NCBI GenBank assembly: GCA_040755455.1 | Contig: JBFMAY010000002.1 | Coordinates: 151,556-215,555 of the forward strand | Length of the DNA: 64,000 nt | Direction of reading: 5' to 3' | Origin: Thermodesulfobacteriota bacterium | Lineage (GTDB): Bacteria; Desulfobacterota; Desulfobulbia; Desulfobulbales; SURF-16 | Part shown: positions 9,504-17,561 of the stretch, in pieces | Position numbering within the stretch: the first letter of the stretch is position 1 | Layout: each line of letters starts with the position of its first letter | Notes under the pieces: model-generated | The model's database searches: none | The model's input: the letters and a program-made list of their open reading frames with translations, nothing else | Told to the model about the DNA's origin: nothing | Made by a program: the position numbers and the translations under genes

Positions 9504-10847
9504 ATGAGTAAAGCAAAGAAACATTGGCTTTCCCGCCGGAATTTTCTCACGGCATCGGCCGCGGGCCTGGCCTGCGGGGCCTGGCCCGCCCTGTTCCAGT
9601 TCAACCCCGCCCTGGCGGCGGATATTCCGGCCCCCCGCTTTGCCCTCGAACCGCAACCGCTCCTCAAGGTGCTGCGCTGGATGGGGTTTGTCAAGAGTGA
9701 TGAGGAAATCTGGCGGATCAATACGAAAAAATGGGAGATTGCCACCGGCGGCCGGGTGATCACCGATTTCATCCAATGGGAGGATGTCCGCTCCAGGGCC
9801 GCCATGGAATCGGTTCTGGGCGCGGGCCATGATATAGTCTTCGGCTGGTTCGACGATCCCCACCTTTACCCAGACCGGCTGCTTGATGTCAGCGAGTTGG
9901 CCGACTATCTCGGCAAAAAATACGGCGGCTGGTATCCGGTGTGTGAGGTCTATGGCCGTGACCCGCAAAGCAGACAATGGATCGCCCTGCCGCTCGGCAG
10001 CGCCGGCATTTGTCTGAACTACCGGGTGAGCCAGGTGCAGGAAGCCGGCTTTGCCAAGGTGCCGGATGATGTGGCGGGATTTCTCAGATGCTGCAAGGCG
10101 CTCAAGGCCAAAGGCCATCCCACCGGCTTCGCCCTGGGCCATGCCGTGGGCGACGCCAACGCCTGGACCCACTGGTGGCTGTGGTCCTTCGGCGGCAAGG
10201 CGGTTGAGTCGGACGGCCGAACCATCGCCATCAACAGCAGCGAGACCGGGATGGCCCTGGAGGCGGCCCGCGAGTTCCATGACACCATGATCCCCGGGGT
10301 GGACACCTGGCTTGATCCCCACAACAACCAGGCCTTTCTGACCGGGCAGATCTCGCTCACCGCCAACGGCAACAGCATCTTTTTCGCCTCCATGCAGAAT
10401 TCCCCCGACATCAACCGTGACCTGATGACCATGAATTTCCCGGTCGGCCCGGTGGGGTTTCCCACCGAACTCTCCCTGTTCAGTCTGGGCTTTATCTTTC
10501 AACACACCCCGGTTCCCAATGCTGCCAAACATTACCTGCAGTTCATGTTCGAGGAGCCCTGCTACGGAGCATGGGAAAGCGGCACCTGGGGTTTTGTCAC
10601 CCCGACCCTGCAATCATATTATGACATGGCGGCCTGGCATAAGGACCCCCGCATCACCCCTTACCGGGAATGCACGGGCCGCATGCTGTGGAACGGCTAT
10701 CAAGGGCCCTTGGGCGCGGCTTCAGCGGCGGCCCTGAATGAATATGTCATCGTGGATATGTTCGCCGGCGTCTGCACCGGCGACAAGACGCCCAAGGCCG
10801 CCATGCTGGCGGCGGAAAAAAGGCTGGCCCGCATGTATCGCCGCTGA
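9504..10847 (+). CDS. Tat-exported extracellular solute-binding protein, paralog 2
   Basis: Tat motif SRRNFLT; collinear with and highly similar to 8025..9374. Confidence 0.87.
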   Translation: MSKAKKHWLSRRNFLTASAAGLACGAWPALFQFNPALAADIPAPRFALEPQPLLKVLRWMGFVKSDEEIWRINTKKWEIATGGRVITDFIQWEDVRSRAAMESVLGAGHDIVFGWFDDPHLYPDRLLDVSELADYLGKKYGGWYPVCEVYGRDPQSRQWIALPLGSAGICLNYRVSQVQEAGFAKVPDDVAGFLRCCKALKAKGHPTGFALGHAVGDANAWTHWWLWSFGGKAVESDGRTIAINSSETGMALEAAREFHDTMIPGVDTWLDPHNNQAFLTGQISLTANGNSIFFASMQNSPDINRDLMTMNFPVGPVGFPTELSLFSLGFIFQHTPVPNAAKHYLQFMFEEPCYGAWESGTWGFVTPTLQSYYDMAAWHKDPRITPYRECTGRMLWNGYQGPLGAASAAALNEYVIVDMFAGVCTGDKTPKAAMLAAEKRLARMYRR

Positions 10848-10885
10848 TGGCCAGCGGACAGGAAACAGGAAACAGTCGAGGCGCC

Positions 10886-13681
10886 ATGTTTCGTAAAACA
10901 AGCATCCAAAAAATAACCTTTCTCAGCTTTCTGGCGATCATTTTCCTTTTCGCCATCGGCCTGAGCGGGGGCTGGCTTTACGAAACATACCGGCATGCCG
11001 CGGTGGACTCGGCCATTGTTGAAAATGAATATCTCCGGGACCGGCAATGGCTGGTCCGCCATGAGGCGGAAAAAATCATCCAGCTCATTGACTTCCTGAG
11101 AAAGCAGCGAGAAAAAGAAGTCAGGGAGATGCTGCGTGAGCGCGTGCTGCAGGCCTATACCACCGCCCTGCACACCTATCAGGAAAATGAGGGCAGACTG
11201 CCGGAACCCGCCATCAAGCAACTCATCATAAAAGATCTGCGGGCCATCCGCTTTGATAACGGCCTGGGCTATTATTTCGCCTCCACCTGCGAGGGGGGAG
11301 AGGAGATCATGACCGACCGCCCGGAGCTGGCCGGCCGGCAGCTGACCAATGTGACCACCGCCTCCGACGCCGCCACGGTGCGGAGCATGGTGGCCATGGT
11401 GACCGACGACGAGGAGGCCTTCTACCAGTATATGGCTCCCGGCCTCAATAATGTTGAGCCGGCCCAGCCCAAACTGGCCTTTGTCAAGCATTTCGAACCG
11501 TTTGGCTGGCACATCGGCACCGCTGTTTATAAGGACGATATAACCCGCGATGTGCAGAAGAGGATTCTGGATTACCTGTACAGCATGCAAATAAGTATCG
11601 GCACCATCTCCGTCTTTCGCGAAGATGGCATCGCCCTGTTTCATTCCAGCAAGGAAAACATCGGCCGCAACATGTTTTCCTACACCGACGACAAAGGAAT
11701 GGAAATCTACCGACAGCTCCTCCATGTCGCGCTGAGTGCCGAGGGCGGTCATGTCTCCTCTGCCTGGGAAGATGCCAGGACCGGTGACATTACCCCGAAA
11801 ATCGCCTATGCCCGGTCATATGCGGATTGGCAGTGGATTGTTGCGGTGGATACCAACACCGCCGACATCCTGCAGTCTCTCCAGCAAAAGAAGAAAATAC
11901 TGAAGCAGCAGGTCAACCGCTATATCATCAAGGTTCTCATTCTTTTTGTCGGCTTTGTCGGTATTATCATTCTCCTGTCCCACTATCTTTCCAGAAGGCT
12001 TGACAGGGAATTCCAGACATTCGCCACATTTTTTCAGGATGCGGCCTCCGGTTACCGGGAGATTGACGAAAAAAGCCTCACTGTCCGCGAATTCAGGAAT
12101 CTTGCCGGGTCGGCCAACCGGATGATCCGTGACCGCCGGAAAAACGAAGGGGAGATGCTGCGTCTGCGCGCCATGCTTAGCAGCATCGTCAACTCCATGC
12201 CCTCCATTCTTGTTGGCGTCGATCAAGACGGCAGGGTCATCCAATGGAACCATGAGGCGGAAAAACAGACCGGCATTACTGCCGCCGCAGCCCTGGGCGG
12301 CATGCTGAGCGAGGTCCTGCCGCAACTGGCCGGACAAAAGGAAAACATCCGCCAGGCCATTGAGGAGCGGCAGCCGAAGAAAACGACCAGGGTTGTTGAC
12401 CAGCGTGACGGCAAGAGCCGTTATGCCGATATCATCGTCTATCCGCTCATCGGTGAGGCAGTGGCCGGGGCGGTGATCCGGATCGATGACGTCACCGAAC
12501 AGGTGGATGCAGAGACGGAGAAAACCAAGCTGCTCACCCAGCTCCAGCACGCTCAGAAAATGGAGGCCATCGGCGCCCTGGCCAGCGGCATTGCCCATGA
12601 TTTCAACAACATCCTCACCCCCATTCTCGGCTATGCCGATATGATCAGAAATGAAACCCCGGAGGACAGCCATGTTTGCGCCTACCTCACCGCAGTGCTG
12701 AGTGCCGGCAACCGGGCCAAGGACCTGGTCAGCCAGATCCTCTCCTTCAGCCGCCAGCGGGAACAGGAGCGCCAGCCTGTGCACATCCACCTGATTGTCA
12801 AGGAGGCGCTGAAGCTGTTACGGGCCAGCATCCCTACCACCATCGACATCCAGACCGACATCGACCAGAAATGTTGCCAGGTGCTGGCTGATCCCAGCCA
12901 GATCCACCAGATCGTCATGAATCTCTGCACCAATTCCTACCATGCCATGCGCGCCACCGGAGGAGTGCTGGCGGTCAGCCTGGCCCCCATTGATATCGGA
13001 CCGGAGGATGCCAAGAATATTTCTCCGGATCTGGACCCCGGCCCATATGTGCATCTGGCAATAAAAGACAGCGGCCATGGCATGGATCATATGACCATGG
13101 AGCGGATATTCGAACCGTACTTCACCACCAAAAAGGAGGGTGAAGGCACCGGTCTGGGACTTTCCGTGGTCCACAACATCGTCAAAAGCCATGGCGGCCA
13201 TGTCACGGCCGCCAGCGAACTCGGCAAGGGGGCAACCTTTCATGTTTATCTGCCCCGTCTCCCGCAGGCCGGCGCCCCGCTTGCCCAGGTACTGGAGACC
13301 CTGCCGCTGGGCAATGAAAGGATTCTGCTGGTGGATGACGAAGAGGTCATTATGCGCATGGAGGAGTTGATGCTGACCGATCTCGGTTACCGGGTAACGG
13401 CACTGAAGAACAGCGAGCAGGCCTGGCTAACCTTCAGCGCCAGGCCCGATGATTTCGATCTCATCATCACCGATATGACCATGCCGCACATGACCGGTCT
13501 GGAATTGACCCAAAAAATTCTGGCGCTCAGACCGGATATCCCCATCATCATGTGCACCGGCTTCAGCGAGCTGGTCAATGAAGAACAGGCCAAAGAGCAT
13601 GGCGTCAGGGAGTATCTCATGAAGCCCGTCATGAAAAGGGATATGTCCTATGCGATTCGCAAGGCATTGGATGAAGATTGA
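10886..13681 (+). CDS. Hybrid sensor histidine kinase (TM, two Cache-like periplasmic domains, TM, PAS, HisKA, HATPase, REC)
   Basis: GIAHDFNNIL H-box, QIVMNLCTN, DSGHGM, PYFTTK, GTGLGL; REC ILLVDDE...ITDMTMP...KP; Cache-like motifs EPFGWHIGT and YADWQWIV; alternative ATG 10847 overlaps the upstream stop. Confidence 0.93.
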   Translation: MFRKTSIQKITFLSFLAIIFLFAIGLSGGWLYETYRHAAVDSAIVENEYLRDRQWLVRHEAEKIIQLIDFLRKQREKEVREMLRERVLQAYTTALHTYQENEGRLPEPAIKQLIIKDLRAIRFDNGLGYYFASTCEGGEEIMTDRPELAGRQLTNVTTASDAATVRSMVAMVTDDEEAFYQYMAPGLNNVEPAQPKLAFVKHFEPFGWHIGTAVYKDDITRDVQKRILDYLYSMQISIGTISVFREDGIALFHSSKENIGRNMFSYTDDKGMEIYRQLLHVALSAEGGHVSSAWEDARTGDITPKIAYARSYADWQWIVAVDTNTADILQSLQQKKKILKQQVNRYIIKVLILFVGFVGIIILLSHYLSRRLDREFQTFATFFQDAASGYREIDEKSLTVREFRNLAGSANRMIRDRRKNEGEMLRLRAMLSSIVNSMPSILVGVDQDGRVIQWNHEAEKQTGITAAAALGGMLSEVLPQLAGQKENIRQAIEERQPKKTTRVVDQRDGKSRYADIIVYPLIGEAVAGAVIRIDDVTEQVDAETEKTKLLTQLQHAQKMEAIGALASGIAHDFNNILTPILGYADMIRNETPEDSHVCAYLTAVLSAGNRAKDLVSQILSFSRQREQERQPVHIHLIVKEALKLLRASIPTTIDIQTDIDQKCCQVLADPSQIHQIVMNLCTNSYHAMRATGGVLAVSLAPIDIGPEDAKNISPDLDPGPYVHLAIKDSGHGMDHMTMERIFEPYFTTKKEGEGTGLGLSVVHNIVKSHGGHVTAASELGKGATFHVYLPRLPQAGAPLAQVLETLPLGNERILLVDDEEVIMRMEELMLTDLGYRVTALKNSEQAWLTFSARPDDFDLIITDMTMPHMTGLELTQKILALRPDIPIIMCTGFSELVNEEQAKEHGVREYLMKPVMKRDMSYAIRKALDED

Positions 13682-13941
13682 AGACAGCAGGCCCCTGCAA
13701 TCATTTCCCCCACCCCTTGCCTTTCCCCGCTTGACCGGCATGCCGTTGACCGGGCAACATCGGCACATGGCCGAAAAACCGTGGCGGCGCCCGGCACAAC
13801 CATTTGAAGATGCAAAGAAAAAAACTTGTGCTTCGTGACCGCCGTGGTATATCTGCGGGGGATGAAGATATTGTATGCAACCGTCTGCTGCCGCCATCTG
13901 TGTTTTCCCCGCGGAGCAAGAATCGATTTATGGGGTGAGGC

Positions 13942-15087
13942 ATGAAACCGCTCATCGACACCCAGGAGTTTCTTTCCCTTTCATCCTTTCTCAACTATCA
14001 GCTTGCCGGCGAACCCGTCAACTGGCAGGGGATACTGAACCTGGTGCTGGGAAATCATCTGGCCCTGGACAAGGTCTCCGAGAGTTTTCTCATGGAGGCC
14101 CTGGAGTATCTCGGCGAGGCATACGGCAACCAGAAACGCTGGCTGGGCCCCCTTGCCATCCTTCATCCCATCCGCGCCTCCTCCCTGCTGGCCAGGGCTC
14201 ATGCCCGGCCCAGCACCCTGGATCTGCTCACCGCGCTGCTGCACGACAAGGAAGAGGATCTGACCCCGGACAAATACAGTCCAGAGGCCTGGCGCCGCCT
14301 CGATGCCAGGTACCGGCAACTCCTGGAAAAGATCGATTCCCAGTCCAACTGGTTTCTCAACGAACGCATCGCCTTTCTCGCCAAACCCAAGGGCCAGAAG
14401 TACACGGAATATCTCGGCCGCCTGCTGAAACAGGCGTGGATAACCCCGGAACTGGCGGTCATCAAGCTGGCGGACCGGCTGGACAATACCCTGGATCTGC
14501 GCATCGACCTGCAGGATTTCACCGACCGCGCCCGTTCCTTTCAGGTCATCTTCGATATCCTGTTTGTCAATTCCTATAAAGGGCTGCACCTCGGCCAGTC
14601 CCACCCCTCGGCCAGCAAAATCAACGGCGCCATGCGGCTTTTCCAGCTTTATAAAAACGTGGTTTTATTATCCATGCTGCGGGATGAGCAACTTCCCCTG
14701 GGAGAGGCGGCGCAGAAACTTTTTTATTCCCTGGCCGTGGCGAGCATCAGGGAGGCCCAGACCATCATGCTGCATATCTTCGCCTATCACCTGACCTCCC
14801 CCGCCGATCAGCGCGCCCTGCTGCTCGAAGCCATGGACTATTCCCATGGCGGCGGCTGCGACATCATCAGGGAGCAAGGACCTTCCGTGCTTGACGGTCT
14901 GTTCAGGAGACATTTTGTCTATGACAATAAGGAGATGAAAAAGAAAGGCCTTGATAGTCTGTACCAGGACAAAAGACTGATGGCGCTGGTGGCCGTCACC
15001 TTCCTGATTATTTTCGCCAACTTCATCAACAACGACGACTATGTGATCAAAGGCATCTCGGCGGCCGGTATCATTGCCCAGCCGTGA
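13942..15087 (+). CDS. RelA/SpoT-type HD hydrolase domain (small alarmone hydrolase/Mesh1-like) with an unknown C-terminal domain
   Basis: AYGNQKRWLGPLAILHP, ALLHDKEED and VIKLADRLDN motifs; GAGG SD. Confidence 0.7.
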   Translation: MKPLIDTQEFLSLSSFLNYQLAGEPVNWQGILNLVLGNHLALDKVSESFLMEALEYLGEAYGNQKRWLGPLAILHPIRASSLLARAHARPSTLDLLTALLHDKEEDLTPDKYSPEAWRRLDARYRQLLEKIDSQSNWFLNERIAFLAKPKGQKYTEYLGRLLKQAWITPELAVIKLADRLDNTLDLRIDLQDFTDRARSFQVIFDILFVNSYKGLHLGQSHPSASKINGAMRLFQLYKNVVLLSMLRDEQLPLGEAAQKLFYSLAVASIREAQTIMLHIFAYHLTSPADQRALLLEAMDYSHGGGCDIIREQGPSVLDGLFRRHFVYDNKEMKKKGLDSLYQDKRLMALVAVTFLIIFANFINNDDYVIKGISAAGIIAQP

Positions 15088-15120
15088 TCCCGGCCCGGGG
15101 ATGGCCGCCCCCTCTTGCTT

Positions 15121-15990
15121 CTACCCCAGCCAGGGAAATAAATCGCGCAGCCGGTCATAGAGGCCGGGAAATTGCCCCTTGAGCCAGTCGGTCACCCGGC
15201 TGAGCAGATTGCGTGGGCTCTCGTCAAGGGGCACGGCTTTGCCTGCCAGCTGCAGCTCCAGCCTCTCCGCCCTCTTGCCCGGCGCCGGATGGCTGGCCAG
15301 GAAGGAATGGTTATCGCCCAGGGCGGCAAGCTTGCGCAGCGCGGTCACCGCATCCTTTGTTGCGTAGCCTTTGCCTTGAAGAAATGCCAGGCCGTAATCG
15401 TCCGCCTCTTTCTCCTCCAGCTGGGAGAACTGGGCGCCCATGAGCAGTTCGGTGAAGGCGCCCAGCTGCGACCTGGCAAGCTCGCCCACCGTGCTGTTCA
15501 ACGAGGCGATCCCCTTGCGCACCGCACTGGCCGCATAGGCCATCTGGATTTTTTTGCGGATATGGTTCCTGGCCACATGCCCCATCTCGTGGCCGATGAC
15601 AAAACGCAGTTCGCCATCGTCAAGCAGGTCCATGAGCCCGCTGTAAATACGGATGGTGCCGTCGGCCATGGCAAAGGCATTAACCTCATCGGCCAGATAC
15701 ACCTTATAATTGAAACGGAGCGCCCCTTCCTGCTGATGGTCACCGACCAGACGCTGCAGCCGGCTGGCATAAGGGTCGCCGGGTCCGGCCACTCTCTGCC
15801 TGCCGTCGGCATACTGGGCCGACTGCAGCGCCATCTGCCGCACGGCCTCATCCGACAGGGTGACAGCCTTGGCGGCATCGAGTCCCGCCTCGGCCGCCAT
15901 CCTGACATCGGTATCCTCACAGCCTGCCAGAAAAAGCAGACAGAAACAGCAAAGCATGGTTACCTGGTGCCGCATGAATTTCCCCATCAT
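15121..15990 (-). CDS. M48-family metallopeptidase lipoprotein (LoiP/YggG-like)
   Basis: Lipobox LFLAGC, NAFAMADG, HEMGH (HExxH), EKEAD, SHP. Confidence 0.9.
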   Translation of the reverse strand: MMGKFMRHQVTMLCCFCLLFLAGCEDTDVRMAAEAGLDAAKAVTLSDEAVRQMALQSAQYADGRQRVAGPGDPYASRLQRLVGDHQQEGALRFNYKVYLADEVNAFAMADGTIRIYSGLMDLLDDGELRFVIGHEMGHVARNHIRKKIQMAYAASAVRKGIASLNSTVGELARSQLGAFTELLMGAQFSQLEEKEADDYGLAFLQGKGYATKDAVTALRKLAALGDNHSFLASHPAPGKRAERLELQLAGKAVPLDESPRNLLSRVTDWLKGQFPGLYDRLRDLFPWLG

Positions 15991-16012
15991 GATCAATTCT
16001 CCGGTATCGTTA

Positions 16013-16354
16013 TCAGCAGGAAAGATGAAAAGCGGCGGCCACCTGCCGGCCGGCGGCCACCATGCGGTTGAATGATTCCACCGCGCTGGCGGTCGGCTCC
16101 ACCACCAGTTCAATCCCCAGGTCCTGCAGCTCCGCGGCCAGTTGCCCGCTGACCCGCATGAGACCGGGTTTTCCTTTGCCGATGATGAGATATTGGGGCT
16201 TGGCGGCCAGGATGTCGGTCACATCATCCTTCTCCACCAGGTGGCCGGCCTTGCGCCACCAATCCGCCACCACCCTGCCGTTGATGATTTTCAGATCAGC
16301 ATTATAGGCCCTGCCGGCAATAACCATCCTGCCAAACGAGTACTGTTCAATCAT
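16013..16354 (-). CDS. Mth938-like (DUF498) protein
   Basis: MIEQYSFGRMVIAG..YNADL, WWRKAGH, IIGKG, AFHLSC. Confidence 0.88.
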   Translation of the reverse strand: MIEQYSFGRMVIAGRAYNADLKIINGRVVADWWRKAGHLVEKDDVTDILAAKPQYLIIGKGKPGLMRVSGQLAAELQDLGIELVVEPTASAVESFNRMVAAGRQVAAAFHLSC

Positions 16355-16440
16355 CGCCATCACCCTGATACAAATTTTCCCAGGCCATAGACCACACGCC
16401 CTATCCTTCTTGCCCTCTCCAACCTCAAGCCGAGCGGCCG

Positions 16441-17121
16441 TCACAGATCCTGCAGATACCTGCTGCCGTTGAGCTGTCGCATCTGCGCCGCGATCCACCG
16501 CCTTCTCTCCATGACATAGGCCGACGGCTTTCCCGCCTTGAGCACCTTGGGGTTGGGCAGCACGGCGGCCAGCAGGGCCGCATCCCATTTGGTCAGCTCC
16601 GCGGGCTTCTTGCCGAACACATTTTCCGCCGCGGCATGCACTCCATAGATGCCGTCGCCGAATTCCGCGATATTGACATACACCTCAAGAATCCGCTTCT
16701 TCGGCCACAGACATTCCAGCAGCACGGTAAAGTAGGCCTCCAGCCCCTTGCGCACATAGCTTTTCCCCGGCCACAAAAAGAGATTCTTGGCCACCTGCTG
16801 GCTGATGGTGCTCGCCCCCCGCAGACGGCCGCTCTTCCTGTTTTTTTCCAGGGCCTTGCCGATGGAGTCAAAATCGAAACCGGCATGGCTGGGAAACTTC
16901 TGGTCCTCCGCGGCAACCACGGCCAGCGGCAGGTGGGGGGAAATCGCCTCCCAGTCGACCCATTGATAGCGGATCAGGCGGCGAGAGTCGCTGCCGAAGA
17001 GCTGCGCCAGATGGCTTCCCACCATGAAGGCGCTGGTTGGCGGCGCAACCCAGCGCAGGCAGAGGATCAGGACAACCGGCAGGACGACGGCGGCCGCAAG
17101 CAGACCGCCGGCGCAGATCAT
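16441..17121 (-). CDS. mtgA: Monofunctional biosynthetic peptidoglycan transglycosylase
   Basis: AAEDQKF, RGASTISQQVAKNLFLW, RKGLEAY, ILEVYVNIAEFG; start codon uncertain. Confidence 0.92.
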   Translation of the reverse strand: MICAGGLLAAAVVLPVVLILCLRWVAPPTSAFMVGSHLAQLFGSDSRRLIRYQWVDWEAISPHLPLAVVAAEDQKFPSHAGFDFDSIGKALEKNRKSGRLRGASTISQQVAKNLFLWPGKSYVRKGLEAYFTVLLECLWPKKRILEVYVNIAEFGDGIYGVHAAAENVFGKKPAELTKWDAALLAAVLPNPKVLKAGKPSAYVMERRRWIAAQMRQLNGSRYLQDL

Positions 17122-17361
17122 GAGCCTGGCGGCCCAGCCCCGGCCGGCATTTTTCCTTCTTGAACGGCTCCGGGAAAATAAAGATCCGACGGCAGTATCC
17201 TCCTCACCGTAATCACCGCTGACAACTCGCAACGCCAACCCCTCAACCGAGAATGGAGATAATATAAACAGCAATAGCGTATTATCAATGGCCGCGCCCA
17301 TGGCCGGGGGTGGTCCCGCCAAGGCACCATGAGGCAGTTATTGATAAAACGCTATTTTATG

Positions 17362-17474
17362 AATCTTGATAGCTTCGTAAAAAGTCACAGCACCGAATTT
17401 TCATGACGATAAATTAAAAAATTATCATGCACTGTACGGCTGCCGAGTGTTTTTTTTACGAGACAGTCAATCTT
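17362..17474. repeat. MITE-like palindromic intergenic element
   Basis: Imperfect terminal inverted repeats ttgatagcttcgtaaaaa / tttttacgagacagtcaa, an internal AT-rich hairpin, and AATCTT direct repeats at 17362-17367 and 17469-17474. Confidence 0.6.
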
Positions 17475-17561
17475 TACCCGGAATGCAAGCCGGAGGATTG
17501 AAAAAAAATCCGTTTTCCTGCGGTAACAAAAATCAGGATGGCAGAAAGGGCGGACGGCGGA

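Noticed and set aside
14560..14595. NSYKGLH as a (p)ppGpp synthetase YxSLH motif in the HD protein
   Set aside because: Too close to the HD domain, and the other synthetase motifs (GRxK, DxxxxR, ExQIRT) are absent
17118..17322. Long N-terminal extension of mtgA, or a 10-aa leader peptide (MPAGAGPPGS) overlapping its ATG
   Set aside because: The start cannot be resolved from sequence alone; no support beyond one SD-like sequence
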